Positions 25,198 to 39,133 of a stretch of DNA of 64,000 nucleotides are shown piece after piece. The notes under the pieces were generated by a model. That model saw only the letters and a list, made by a program, of their open reading frames with translations, did no database searches and had not been told where the DNA came from. Origin of the DNA: Vicugna vicugna. Lineage: Eukaryota. Each line of letters begins with the position of its first letter. The first letter of the stretch is position 1. A program made the position numbers and the translations under genes. The stretch covers positions 4,652,001 to 4,716,000 of the forward strand of contig MU058221.1 of assembly GCA_013265495.1 (NCBI GenBank), given 5' to 3'.

Positions 25198-27369
25198 TCT
25201 CTCTCTCAGCTCTACTCTCTTTGGAACAGCGAATATGCATAGGGTAAAAATTTCACACAGCACAAAGAAATAAATGAGGCAGTGCTCTCACTCCTGCGCC
25301 CCAGTCACCATCCCTGAAAGTAATCACTATTGCCAGTGTCTTGCAGCTCTTTCCAAGGTTAGTCTCTGCATCTGAAAACAGACAGATACATAGACAGACA
25401 GATCTATGTTAGACACATAGACACACAGACAGACAGACAGACAGGAGCAGAGAAATCTCCTCCACTTTCATTGGTTTTTATTTTTGCTCCTCTGGCCTTT
25501 AAGCACTCAAATAAAATCCTTCCCATGAATAAACAGTGAAGCTATACATCACAATGTAAGGCAAAATAATCAAGGAATAAACAGCCAAGTCTGGCCAACA
25601 GGGACAGCCTCCATTATTTCTGAAGCAAATGCAGCCTAGACCTTCTATTCGCAAGATAACATCAGTGACTAAGGCAAATCATAGAAAAGGAAAAGGGAAA
25701 TTTCTGACAGCAGGAAGGGACAACATTGAGGATTCCTACAGCCTTTCCGGTGAGAAAGCAGGTTGGATGCAGAAGCCCCTTGGAAGTACGCCGGAGGTAC
25801 CTCCATTGCTCCTGGGACCTCTGCTCTGGGCTCAGGCTGACCAGGGCAGACCCCAAGGAGAAATCCAGGCAGGATTCTACGGGTGAAGATTTCATACAGT
25901 CCTGCAAAGATGCAGGTTCATTTCTCCAAGATCTCAGATGAGACACCCAGAACCTTTGGTTTTCCCAGAAAACTTCTAAGCCAATTTTGTTTTTTCCAAA
26001 CCACAGATTACAACCCATTATCCACCACATCACTGTGGATGTAAATCTTGGCAGGCCCCATCCACCGCTCTGTGGCTTGTTTGTCTCCTTTCACCCTGGG
26101 TGTCAGTCCTCACAGTGCATGCGGGGCTGCTCCGTGAGCATAAACCATGACAAGCATGTGCACTGCCCTCCCTGGAGGGACAGATTCTGTAATCACAGCT
26201 CTGAGTATGAATCACCAGCTCCACCCTCCACCAGGTGACTCCAGTATGCAGGCAGGGCTGGGAGCCACTGACTGAATGCAATCAGGGTCAGAGCTCCAAG
26301 AACCCAAAGAGATGAACACCGATTGCATTTAATTTGCAAATATCGCATGTCCCCCGAGAGCTGCAGTCAGCTCCCAGCTCAGTCCTCCGACCCAGAATGG
26401 CCATTCTCCCCACCCCAGTTTTCGGAGTCTGACTCACATCCTCACAAGGAAGGATGTGGGCTGTCAGGGTGCTGGTGGATGGGGCCCATGTGCTTCTCAA
26501 ACGGTACTGCTTCTACAGTTTTTCCACACAAACATATGCCTTTCTGGGGACTAAACAAAATAAAAACCACCACCTTAAAACATTATTTCAAAAGAAATCC
26601 ACACTCTTGCCTTCTCAAGCCCGGCTGTGGGAATGCACCAGGAGGCTCCAAGCATTCCTCTCTAATGCCTCCCACATCTTGCCAAGCTACTGTGCTGATG
26701 GAGCAGCAACAGATTCTCTTAAAGAAAAAGACGCCTTTGCCTAGGTCCCTGTCACTCAACTGTCAATCTTGTAACAGCACCTGAGGGCACAACAAGACGC
26801 ATCAGAGAAGAGGGGATGAACGGTGTAGGTGGTGGAATGTTACACTCTGGGCAACCTGGAGGGGGCGACAAAGCGGTCAGCGTGATGTCTTTACAATAAT
26901 CATAATCATAATAGCAGCAGCTGTCCCTCCCCGACCCGCAGAGTCACCCTGTCCTCTGGGAGGTGGAGCTGCATTTGGGGAGGAAGATGGGGTCCCTGCT
27001 GGAGAGGTGGCTGTTGGCAGGGGGACAGGACAGACGGGGTGTGACGGCAAAGGTCACAGAGGGCAGCAGAGAAGGAACACAGACACTCACTGGGAGTTCA
27101 GGCCAAGGTGGAAGCCCCAGAGAGAGACAGGCCGTCACAGTCACTCCCTCACCCCAGAACTATAGTTCGCTCCCCCGCATCACACAAACAGGTGACGGCA
27201 AGAACAGTGAATGTCTGTCATGACATCACCTGGCCCCGGCAGCCACGTGGTGGGCCACGCCCAGCACCTCATGGGGGACCAGCAGCAATGAGGGTACAAA
27301 AGAGGAGAGTATATTTTCAAGGATGCACCTGTGTAAGCAGCATTATCCTGATCAGCAAAGAATAAATTT

Positions 27370-27780
27370 TTGCCCTTTGCAACAGCATGGATGGACCTGG
27401 AGGGAGTTTCGCTTAGTGAAGTCAGTCAGAGAAGGACAAACATGGTGCCTTATCACTCATATGTAGAATCTAAAAAATAAAACAAATGAATGCATATAAC
27501 AAAACAGAAACACAATCACAAATATAGAGGACAAATTAGTAGTCACCAGTGGGGAGACGGAAGGGGATGGGGGTAAGATAGGGGTAGGGAATTAAGAAAT
27601 ACAAACTGCTGTATATAAAATATTTAAGCCACAAGGATATATTGTTCGGCACCGGGAACAGAGCAAATCTTTTATAATAACTTTAATTGGAGTACAGTCC
27701 ATAATAATATCAAATCACTATATTGTACACCTGAAACTAATATTGTAAATCAATTATACATCAATAAAAAATTTTAAAAC
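27370..27780 (+). mobile_element. Older L1 3' end
   Basis: tttgcaacagcatggatggacctggaggg...tgtacacctgaaactaat...tcaataaaaa. Confidence 0.85.
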
Positions 27781-28918
27781 AGTGGCCCCAATTCTTGGTA
27801 GAGGGAAAAGGGTGTCGGAGACTGCGCTGAGACCAGCAGAGGGCGGTGAGAGGCGGGAGATCACAGGTGCCTAAATCCTGAGACCAGGGAGGTGGTAACC
27901 TCCCAGGCAGATTGCAGAGGGGCCAGAGCAGGAAGACCGGGTTCCGAGAAGCATCCCCAGAGAGTCATTCCAGCTTTCCTTAACTACAGTTTACTTAAAT
28001 CAAAGAAAAACCATAGAATCTGAGGAGACCCTCACAAGTGCGTTTTAGGGGACAACCCCGATAATTTTCTTGTTATAAACATTGTCGTATAAACAAAATA
28101 ATTTGAAACAGCAGAACCTTGGAAACAGCTCAAACGCCCACCAAAAAGAAAACTGACAGACTGTGGTTTATGCATGCATGTGATGCCATACAACAACAAC
28201 AAAATAAACGGCAGCCACACACGTTAGAATCAACGAGTATCACACCAGTAAACCAGCAAGACATGGAAGAACGCATATAACGTAGTTCCATTTACAGAAC
28301 AATTCAAAAACAAAACCAAACAACACGCTGTTTAGGGCACCTGTTTGGTGACTTCAGGGAAGGAATAGGGACTTTATCAGGAGCAGTTACAGAGACAGCG
28401 GGAATCAGCTGGCATCAGGATGAACTCCGGGAGCCTTAAATTGGCTTGCACCATAAGGAAACACAGCCAAAAGCAGAGGAGCATAGTAAGATCAGGCTCT
28501 CCTGGTCTGTGCAACTGCTTTATTCTTGAGCTGCCCTTATAACTAGAAAACCCAACCCCAGCCGGGGCAGCAGAGAACCTCCCTTCTAACCTCTCCTCCA
28601 CCTGCCCGAGCCAACGTAGTACGCATGCTCACACCCACACCAGGAAGAGTAGCCGGAGGAATGCTGTGTGCTGATTGGCTCAGACGCAGGTCCCTGAGCC
28701 AATCACGGAGAAGACTGACTGGTTCCTGAACCAATCAGTCCAGGCTGGACCCTTAGAGTAAAGGCAAGAAAGGTGGCAAACTGCAGGATTCAGAAACAGC
28801 ATTCAATCCCAACCCTGTTCTAGTTTTTCTTGCTAGACTGAAAATAATGCCTAGAAATACAGAAATGGAGCAAGGGTATAAAACGTGTCAGCAAGGGGTA
28901 TAAGAGTAAATCGGCGAC

Positions 28919-29216
28919 AGGGGTGGAAAGGGACAGACTGGGAGTTCGAAATTTGCAGATACCGACAGGCATATGTAGACTAGATAAACAAGATTATATA
29001 TATAAACAAGGGAAATACATACAAGATCTTGTGGTAGCTCATGATGAAAAAGAATGTGACAATGAATATATGTATGTTCATATATAACTGAAAAATTGTG
29101 CTCCGCACTGGAAATTGACACAACATTGTAAACTGACTATGACTTAATAAAATAAATTTTTTTAAAATTGCATTTAGAGAAAAATAAAACTACATATTGC
29201 AAAAAAAAAAAAAAAA
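28919..29216 (+). mobile_element. Short L1 3' end of the same young subfamily as 1333-2019
   Basis: Close match to the reverse complement of 1335-1590; A16 tail. Confidence 0.88.
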
Positions 29217-29299
29217 TTAAACCAGCGACGTACAGGTAACTGCAACCACTTAGGTGGTGGAAGCAAAGCAAAACAAACTTTCATCAAATGTCTTCAGCG

Positions 29300-29500
29300 C
29301 ACGGGGCACTTTACAAAGGTCCCGTTTTGTTTATTCCTCATTACAACCCTATGAGGTCTGTTTCATCACCCCCATTTTACAGATGAGGAATCAGATTCAG
29401 AAAGGTTCAGTGTCTTGCCCAAGGTCACCATGGTAGTAAACAGGGAAGCCAGGACTGAAACCCAGATCCATGGTCCCCAGAGTTCATGCTCTTTCCACTG
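29300..29500 (+). mobile_element. MIR SINE (further MIR pieces near 4760, 10660, 46800, 51320 and 57150)
   Basis: MIR core ccccattttacagatgaggaa...cttgcccaaggtcac. Confidence 0.85.
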
Positions 29501-29867
29501 AGAAGCAGGATAGAAGAACAGCGAGACTGGCAGCAGGACTGACCCTGACCTCTCCGAGGTGTCTAAAGCCAACTTCTCCTAAGGCAAGGTCTACCTGCTC
29601 AGGACCCCTGCACCCCTAAGGCAGGGAGAGGCAGTATACCCACGTCTCCTAAATTCTCCATTCTAGTTATAACAGCACCATTCAGAAGATTCAAAAACAG
29701 CCTCAAATTCACCCTCCATGTCTGTTCAGTAACGGCCCTCACCTAGATCACTGCGTCAAGTCAATTTCCACCTCCGGGGAAAAAAAATCCACAAAACCAT
29801 CCTCTTATTTCAGACATTTCTCTCCTGCTAGGTGTTTCAGAAGTGCCAAATCACTGTGCTCTTAAGG

Positions 29868-30180
29868 AGACGATTAGGATTAAATGAGGTCTAAAGGGTG
29901 GGGCCCTGATCCAATGGGATTAGTGTCTTTGTAAGAAGAGGAAGAGACACCAGAGTGTTCTCTCTCTCTCTCTCCCTCTTCCCACCGGAAAAAACGCCAT
30001 GTGAGGACACAGGAAGAAGGCAGCCATCTGCAAACTGAGGAGAGAGGCCTGATCAGAAACCAGCCCAGCCAGCACTTTGATCCTGTACTGTGAGCCTCCA
30101 GAACTGCAAGGAAATCTACCATTGTTGTTTCAGCCACACAGCGTGCGGTATCCTGCAATGGCAGCCCGAGCAGACCAGCA
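29868..30180 (+). mobile_element. MLT1-type MaLR LTR (partial)
   Basis: gggccctgatccaatgggattagtgtc...gccatgtgaggacacag...agcctccagaactg. Confidence 0.82.
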
Positions 30181-30395
30181 CACCTGTCCCCACCTCCCCA
30201 AACCCTACAGGACGCCGGGGTCACAATAAGAATAAACAGCCATCTCTCCACCTCCAAGGCCCAGCGGAAGCTGCAGCCTCTGCTGAGCACTCCCGGACTG
30301 TCTCAGCCCCTTGCTAGGAGTTTCCATTCTCATCTCTGGTGCCCTAAAAGGTCATCTTCCTTTAAATTGTTTAAAGTTCTGGCAAGACAAGCTTC

Positions 30396-31023
30396 AAGGG
30401 AAATAGACTATGAAGAATCATATGAAGACCCAAGTGAAAAACACAGGAAAGCTAACTGCACACACTTAACCACATCCGGACCTCTTACTGGGGCTAATTC
30501 GGCATAAGTGGTAAGCAGCTCACCGAATGACTCCACACTCTTGCTCCTGCCAGCTAAGGAATGTCGCTCACCATCCAGCCCTGTATGAATTGAGTCATTA
30601 GCCACGGCAGCCACTGACCTTTAATACACCCTGAAAGGAGCTCAGGGTGGAGATCAGAAGTGAGGCCCTCTGTGCTCTGGGAAACCTGGCAGAACAGACC
30701 TTCAGACAGATAGATATTTTCAAGAGAAATGGTTTAAGAACATGGATTCTTGCATCTTCCCATACTCGAAAAAGCACTAGAATCATCAGCAGAGAGATCC
30801 ATGCTTTGTGACCAGCAGCAACCTTCTCCCCGAGACATGTGCTTGGTCGCACGTACCCCCATGGTCAAAATCACATATATTCTGCCCACCCCACGCCCCG
30901 CCCCTGCGAGCAGTTCCTCTGAGCTACCTGAGAGGCTGCCTACCAGGTGACAGTTCGCAGTGAGCCCCCAAATAAAACTGAAACTCACAGCCCTCATGTG
31001 TGTACTTTTTATTTCAATCGACA
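30396..31023 (+). mobile_element. ERV1-class solo LTR
   Basis: AATAAA near the 3' end, ending ...tcaatcgaca; possible 4-bp TSD cttc. Confidence 0.7.
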
Positions 31024-32264
31024 CTTCCCAAGAGTCTAACCTGTTTCTGGCTTTTCTCTTATTCTGCGTGTTCTCCAATAATCGTGATCAGCATCCAAGG
31101 CAGGTTTCCCTTTGCACGACAAACTATATGATGCTCACGATCAAGTCCACACAGAGAGCAACAATAAATGTCAAACATCCCCCTCCCCAGCTGTCGCACT
31201 CCCCAGACCGCCAGTGTCTCCCTCCTGAGGGTCCAGGGTCCTGGGCCAACGCAACTGAAGCTCTTAGCCCAGAGGCTGACTCCGACACCCCTGCGGGAGT
31301 GACCAGCGCCTGGGCCCCACCCAGCCCACGCTCAGCTGCCAGGTGCACATCCTGCAGCCCTGCTCTTTGCGCTTTCAATTCCCCTGGAAAATAGCCGTGA
31401 TGCCCCGCTGCCCTCAGAGTTCACGGTAATTTCCCCACCTCACACTCCAGCCCTCTCCAGCCTCATTGCCCAGCTCACTCCCACACAGCCCAGCCCACCG
31501 CACTGCGGGCCCACCTGCAATATGCCCCTCCGTTTCCTCTGCCTGTGTACATCCCAGCCTTTCCTTGAAAATCAGCTCCAATTCTAAAGTGTTTAATAAA
31601 GTAAGCTGAAGAACATCTGGAAAATAATATTGTCATGCCTTCCCCCCATCAATTACATTCTTTGGCGGCCATGTCAGCACCATCTCCCCTGGTGGAGGCC
31701 GGGGCCAGAGTCCACCCCACCCGCAGCGGGTCACCTCAACTGCCAGCAGCTGAGGGCCTGGAAGGCACCTTCATGTTCAGGCTCTTCGATCTTCGTGGTG
31801 CTCCCAAAGTTCAGGGCTGGTTTGGAGAGAAGCTCTAAACCTGCACCACAGAACTGGGGATCGTTCCTAGAAAGGAAGGGGAGGTTTTCCTAGCGCACCC
31901 CTCCTCGCACACCCCTCGGCCCTCACAAGGCATGCTTGACTTGCCCTCTGCTCCGTCTGGGGTCACCCGTCAGGAAGCTGGGAGGGGCACGCTGCCCGTA
32001 TGATGTGATCAGCCTCCCTGCCTCGGTGGCAGGAACGAAGTCACTCTGCGAGGATTAACAAACGAGAACAGTCAGGGGAAAGATGGAAACAAATCAACAG
32101 AGTCGACGCTGTGGTTCTGGGTGTTTAAGACAGTGTGGCGCGATTGGCCAACAGCCATCTTCAGACAGTGCCCTCCAAGGGGAGACATCACCTGTGCACG
32201 GCGCTGAGCCAGGCTTGCTAAAAAAAAATTTTTTTTTAAAAGGTAAATCAAGATCCTTGCTCTC

Positions 32265-32398
32265 AGCGAGGAGGGTGTAGCTCAAGTAGTAGAGCACATG
32301 CTTAGCATGCATGAGGTCCTGGGTTCAACCCCCAGTGCCTCTTCCAAAAGTAAATAAATAAACCTAATTACCTACCCCCTCAAATTAATTAATATATA
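32265..32398 (+). mobile_element. vic-1-like SINE
   Basis: Perfect 15-bp TSD aagatccttgctctc at 32250-32264 and 32399-32413. Confidence 0.93.
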
Positions 32399-32660
32399 AA
32401 GATCCTTGCTCTCTGGGAGTTTTTGTGCTAGTTCAAAAGCTGGAATAAACACCTGGAAGTTAAACACCAATATAAGAATTAAATCAACATAAAACCGATC
32501 ATTCAACAGCCACCCAAAGGTAGCAAAAGAGCAAACTGCCCAGTGGTGGCCTGGACAACAGATGCCATTAATACAGGAGAAAGGGGAGTCTCTGGCAGCC
32601 TGAGATAATTTCTGGAGGCAATACCAGGACAGGGACCAGAGTGGTGACCAGGAATAGAGA

Positions 32661-32830
32661 CTGGTAGTTCTCAAACTTGCGTGTGCATCGAATCACCTGG
32701 AAGGCTGGGTAGACTGAAGATTACCAAGCCCCACCCCAGAGTTTCTAATTCGGGAAGTGTGGGATGGAGCCCAAAATTCTGCGTGACTAACAGTTCCCAG
32801 GTGATGCTGATGCTGCTCTGAGAACCTCTG
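32661..32830. mobile_element. MER5A-type MITE
   Basis: gttctcaaactt...gaatcacctgg...cccaccccagagtttct...ttcccaggtgatgctgatgctgct...tgagaacc. Confidence 0.8.
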
Positions 32831-34790
32831 GTTTAGCCCGAACATTCCACATCAGATGTAGGAAATGGGGGCACGCTAATGTCACCCCGCATTTTACGAT
32901 TCCAGGCCCTTGCTGAAGCTGGCGCCAGAGCCCTGCTCACTCCCCTTGGGGAGGGAGGACATCACAGGAGCATCAGGAGGGAAAGAGGAAAACAGACAGA
33001 GAAGAGGTACCATGGTGCCCACAGCGTGACATGACGCAGCCTCCGCCCCCAGAGTCCAGGACAGCCTCTGGCTCCATCCCTGGGCCACGCAGCGCCTCTA
33101 CCTGCACAGTCCTCAGCCAGCTCCTGGCTGTAACAGCTGGCCCCAGTCCCACCCGGCTCCTCCCTCTTCCCCTTCCCTCCCTCCACCAAGCTGGGAAGGC
33201 TCTGCCTCCCCTAATCCTGCTGGACAGGTGGACTTCTGGAGGAGGGACAGAGAGCCCTCCCTCCCCTCCTAAAGAGAAACACTGAGAGTTATTCCTCAAG
33301 TTGAGGGCGCAGGGCTGATCCACCAAGGAGAGGTGGCTGCTCGGGTTTCAAAGGACTCTCTATTCCCAGCCTGGTTCACCAGGATGTGAGTCAGGGACAT
33401 GGGGCCTAAATGAGGCTGCAGCATCCCTTGAAATGCGCCTCTCATGACCCCAAGGGCAGCCAAGCAGGGTCAGATCCAGGTGAAGCCAGAACCCCAGCAG
33501 CACATGTGGGATCCATGCACATGTACAAAAGCAGCTATTTTTTTTAAATACCTTTTTTTTTAACTTCACTTTGGGCTTTAGAGGGGCCGGCCAGAGCCAG
33601 GGGCAGGCAGGACCAATGCCTGCTTTGTCTTTGAATCCTGAAAATGAGAAACAGAGTGCCCAGCCCATGCTGAGTGCTTAAGAGACATGTCCCAAATAAA
33701 GACGAGCAATAAAAGAAAAGATGACTCAAGTCCCAAGCAGGCCTGTGCCCAGGGGGAAGCACAGAGCTGAAGTCTGTGGCGTCTGAACATCACAGCCAGC
33801 CACCGGCACACGGTTGGTTTCGTTTCCCATTTCTGGTCAAAAAAATTAGAAATGAAAGGGATGGCCAAGGTGAAGGAAGGCTGCGGAAGATTGCCCCTGG
33901 GAGAGCTAACGGCCCAGCCCAGACTCCCGATCTATGAAATCAGGGCCCACCTACAACGCCTGTGAGGATGCTCCATGTGAAGCAGGGACAAGTTCAGTCA
34001 AGAAGGAGATGTCGCAGCTCCTGAGGCATTTACAGGAACGGCAGCACTTCACCCCACTGTGCATAAGAACCCAAAAATATGAGATGACAATATTGGGAAA
34101 GAATGTTGAGAAAGAAAAAAAAAAGCAAAAAGATGAATTTTAAGATGCCAATCTATATCTACACAGCTATTAGAAAGGCTGTTTTCAACGCTTGTAAGTA
34201 ATCAGCACACACTCATGGTTGTATCCCAGTTTAGCCGAGGTATCCACAAGTTCACTGGTTTCCCATTGCTCTTTCCAAGCTCTGCCCACTGAAATGGGAC
34301 TTTCACACATCCTACCGGCCCAACACATTCAGCAGATATCCAACAACCGCCAGCGAGCCCCTCCCACGTGCCAGACGCCACCTTAGGAGCTGGCGTACAA
34401 GGACCAAGAGAGCGCAGCCCAGCCTCAGAGCATCTCGCACCTTTGGGGGAGGCAGTCATCAGGTCTCCAGCAAAGGCTTCCACGGGGATGCTGAGAGGAC
34501 AGCAGAGGGTCAACCCTGGGCTTGGGAGGGCTTCACAGAGGAAATAATATGTAAGCTGAGTCAGCCGCCAGCCAGAGGGACAACCCGGGGAGGCTTCCCA
34601 GCGGAGGGGACAGCATGTGCCTACACAGGGCTCGCCTGCCTCCTTCACAAGAAGGACGTTCTTGTTCACAAGCAAATCTGCCCACATTGTAGGAACCAGT
34701 TCCCTTTCCAAGAGTTCACATACTTTTCTCTAGGCCTTTATTTTAAAACAAGCCTAGGAAGGAAAAGTGAAGTGTCAAGATCTCCATCTT

Positions 34791-34867
34791 TTTTAATTGA
34801 AGTATAGTCGATTTACAATGTTGTACAAGTTTCTGGTGTATGGCAAAGTGATTCAGTTCCATATATA

Positions 34868-34898
<31 letters not shown>

Positions 34899-35147
34899 GT
34901 ATATACATATCTGAAAAAGTATATATATACACACAATCTTTCAGATTCTTTTCCATTATAGGTTATTACTAGATACTGAATACAGTTCCCTGTGATCTAC
35001 AGTAGGACCTTGTTGCTACAGCAGTGTGTATATTTGTTAATCTCAAACTCCTAATTTATCCCGCCCCATCTTTCTCCTTTGGCAATCACAGGTGTGTTTT
35101 CTATGTTAGTTAAACTGTTTCCGTTTTGTAAATCACTTCATTTGTCC
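34791..35147 (-). mobile_element. L1 3' end with internal (AT)n
   Basis: Perfect 15-bp TSD caagatctccatctt at 34776-34790 and 35148-35162. Confidence 0.92.
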
Positions 35148-37289
35148 CAAGATCTCCATCTTCAAGCACATTCTATCTCAATTACGGGAAATGCGGTCAA
35201 TTTCAAAGATAAGATCGTTTGCTTTTATTGGCATTTATGACTAGGGAGCTGCAGGAAGTCAGACTGTAAATCTGGCAGGTGGCAGCGCTCAGAGGCAGAA
35301 CTAGATTAGAGGATGAGAGATCAGGGAGGCCAGGCCAGCCCTGCACAGTCCCGCTGAGACCCCAGGCAGTGCACTGGGGTCTTTCCAACAGGAAACTGTC
35401 CCCACCCGCTTCTGCTCTCTGATCTGCCTTCACTCTTGCCATGGCCTCTGGGGACAGGGAACTGCCAGCCTCGTGGGGTTGTTCTGAAGATCCAACCCAC
35501 TGATGGGGAACATGCAGAGATCTGCAAAGTACAAAGCAAGGAACTGTGCAGCAGCATTCCTGCGATCAGCCTCCCCTGTGCCTAGCAAGTCGGCCCCCTC
35601 CTCAAAGAATCCGACCCTCTTTCTCTTTCTCAGGCTGGCAGGCACCTCCAAACCCCCTACTCCTCCAGCATTCACCAACAACAGCCAAGGACGGAGAGCT
35701 GGAACATCTTTCCAGGAATTCATGCTGCCTCCCGGCCAGATCCCCATCTCCTGCGGGCAGGGGTTGCTTCCACCACTCAGCTCTGCCCTGGACCTTCCCA
35801 GCTGTTTCTTCTGTGAAATGACTGACCCAGCTAAAGAGAACTTTCTCCAAAAAAGAAAGATCCCCATCTTCCCTAACACCCCAAAACCGTGACTCAAGAA
35901 ATGAACTTTTGCATGAGACCTGCAAGTGGACACTCGACCCAACCATTGTTCAAGGTTTCACTTTGTGCTCCCCCTAAAAAAAGGTTTTCAGCCAAAAAGA
36001 GTGAGTTATTAGGGTCCTGGGGTAAAGAGAGCAGGAAGTGGTAGCGACACCTACTTCTGGAAAGTACAGTATTAAGAATGACAGCTGAAAGGGCAAACAG
36101 GAAGTATGTCAGTGCCATCCACTGGCAAGAGTGATCAATTACAAAGACACAATTCTTTGTCAACAGCGATTCGGATAAGAACACTAACGCATCATCTAAA
36201 GAGCACCTTTGGGTTTGCAAAGGACTTTTACATCCAACTACCTGCCTCTTGGGACACCGGGAGTCCAGAGATGAAGTATTGCATGTAGAAGGCAGAGGGC
36301 AATCCCAGACCGGTTGGCTGCATTCGTATTAGCTCTCGGACCCCAAACCTAAATGTGACTGGGTCCCAAGGACAGACTCCAACACCAAGGGGACTAGAGT
36401 TGTCTCAAATTCCCACCCCACCCGACTCTGACATCCAGTCCATCCCTGGGGAGGCAAGCAGGAGAACCCGTGGTTAGATGGTCATTCCCGTCAGTCCTCG
36501 GAGGCAGCAGGCAACGCCCCCAAGTCTGTAGCCTGTGCATAGATGTCTGGCCAGGGGAACAGCATTTAGAAAGGTCGCTTCTCTAAGGAACCCTACATCT
36601 TTAATGGGAACTCACCTATGCAGATGAGGAGGGAAGTGAGGTGAGCCTCACAGTGGAGGCTCCAGCTCTGAGCTCATGTGCTTTCTTCACGCAGGGAATG
36701 GCAATGTGTAGGACCAAGCAGGTCTTTGGGTGAAAAAGATCAGGAGACATGACCTGGCTCCATCCCGCAGGGTCAGGGTGGTGTCCCCTCTGAGATGATA
36801 GATCAGATCCATGGACAGGAAGCAGGCATTCTTTCCTGGATGTCAAATCAGAATAGCCAAAGGGAACAATTAGTTCTCAGATAGCAGGGAAGAGGTGAAG
36901 GGGGAGAGAGAAGGGGGCAAAATAATGGAATCATGAAGGATCTGGAACAGAGAGAGGCCATCTGTTCTCTCTCCAGGCAGACTTACAGACTCCTTCAACC
37001 AACTTATCCCACAGAAGCTTACGGAGAATCTACTATGTGCCGGCATGGTGCTAAGTCCTAGGACACAGTGATGAGTGCCCTTGAGAAGCTGGTCACTTGT
37101 ATTATAAAGACCTCAGGTTCTAGGGAGCAAAACCCAGGTTACACCTTATCTTTTTCATGTAACACTATGCTCAACAGGAATTCAGTGGGTGTGTTGATTA
37201 AATGAATATAGGAATGGGTGGCTAGGAGGGTCTCTTCTGATGAGCTCACAACCTGGTCCTTGAAGTTTAGGGCCAGTTGGGCAGGGATG

Positions 37290-38465
37290 GTTTAATATTG
37301 AGAAATCTACAGATAGACGTCAAACAAAGAAAGCCATACGATTAAGGCATCATGGAAATTTGCTAACAGAGTAAATCTTAAGAGTTCTCATCACGAGGGA
37401 AGAAACAACTTCTAGCAATAGATGGTCACAGATGTTAACTAGACGTATTGTGGTGATCATTTCACAACATATCCAAGTATCGAATCATTATGTTATACGT
37501 CTGAAACGAATGTAATGTTACATGTCAATTATATCTCAATTTTAAAAGACATCACAACAGATCACAACAGAAATGAGAAAAAAGATCTTGAGGAAACTCA
37601 ACAACTGCTTCTGATAAAATTCCCAGTAAAACAAACTGAAGGATGTTTCATTCACATCATAAAGACTAGTCAACCACTAGCATCCTGTTTATGGTGAACT
37701 ATCAAAGGCTTTCTCATTCAAGTTAAGTAAAAGAAGGATGCCTGCTCTTCCCACCACTACTTAATGCTGTTCTAGGCATCCCAGCCAACACATTAGGACA
37801 AGAAAAAGAAATGAGACAAACTGTGGAAAGATGGACACAAAATAGCTGTTTATCAATGATCTGTCTGGTCATTAAGAAAGCAAGAGAATCAACTAACATT
37901 GTCAGAATACAAGATTTCAACTAAGTGGTTAAATTAATATATAAAAATTAGTAACCAGATGGAAAATATAACAAGAAAATAGAGTTTTTTTAATTGAAGT
38001 ACAGTCAATTACAATCTGTCAATTTCTGGTGTGCAGCACAATGTCCCAGTCATGCACAGACATACATATATTTGTTTCCATATTTTTTGAGAAAAGTCTT
38101 TATAGCATGAAGCTTACATTAAAAACAATGAATAAACTTATGAATTGAACAAAATCTGGATCAAGACAGCTACAAAACAAAAAAGAGGACTAAGCTGAAC
38201 AGAAAGGATAACATGAGAAAAAATCTATTTTTCCCAAATTGACCTAGAAATTAACAAAATCATAATCGAAATGATTTCAAGAATCAGCAAGCAAAGTGAC
38301 ATCATATCACTTTTAATGTGGCACAAAGTGACATTAATAATGTAGTATTGACACAGAAATAGGCAAACAGGGTCAGTGAAACAAAATGGAAAGTCCAGAA
38401 ACAGGGTGAGCATGTGTGTGCATGTGCGCGCAGCGGTGAAGGTTAAAAATAAAGGCCATCATAAA
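37290..38465 (+). mobile_element. Nested old L1M fragments (ORF2 and 3' UTR pieces), with a short younger L1 tail on the minus strand at ~37988-38088
   Basis: Degenerate ORF2-like segments (aaggatgcctgctcttcccaccactact, aaagcaagagaatcaac) and a 3' UTR piece. Confidence 0.65.
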
Positions 38466-38639
38466 TCAACAGTGAGAAGCTGACCCAGCCCAATTACACC
38501 AGAAGGGGCAGCCATGGGCATTTAGAGTCCCCAGAGACGACCTGGCAAGTGGGCAAAGGGCACAGCGGTGGGACTGATCACAGGCAGCCCAGCCTGTAAG
38601 TGGACCTGCCTCGGACACGCCTCCAGAAACCGTCTGGAT

Positions 38640-39133
38640 CAGCGGTCAGTCAACTTTCAGATACAGTGCGAGCTAACTTTCAATAAGTAGTCACCTTAAA
38701 AAAAAAAAAAAGAAACAGGTAAAAATAAATGTAATGATGTATTTTTTGAATCCACTACATCCAAAGTCTTATCATCTCAACATGTGGTCAATACAAAAAG
38801 TTATTCAAGATATATTTTACATTCTTTTTTTCATACTCAGTCTTTGAAATCTGTTGTGTATTTCACACTCACAGCACATCTCAATTTGGACACTAAATTT
38901 TCACCAACAATACTTGATCAACTCCCTAAAATTTGTAGTTGAAAAAGGAGATTCACATGCCCAAGTTGTTCCAAACATACTTAGAAGTTTTCCAATAAAT
39001 GAACCAAGTATCAGTTTTTAAACTTTAATTCCAATTAAGTAAAATTAAGAGTTCACTTCCTGAGTCCCACTAGCCACCATTCAAGGGCTCTGCGGGCAAC
39101 CTTACGTGGCCAGTCAGTAGTGCATTGGACAGC
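38640..39133. mobile_element. hAT-Charlie non-autonomous DNA transposon (MER33/Charlie5-like)
   Basis: tctttgaaatctgttgtgtatttcacactcacagcacatctcaatttggac...cactagccac...ttggacagc. Confidence 0.7.
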
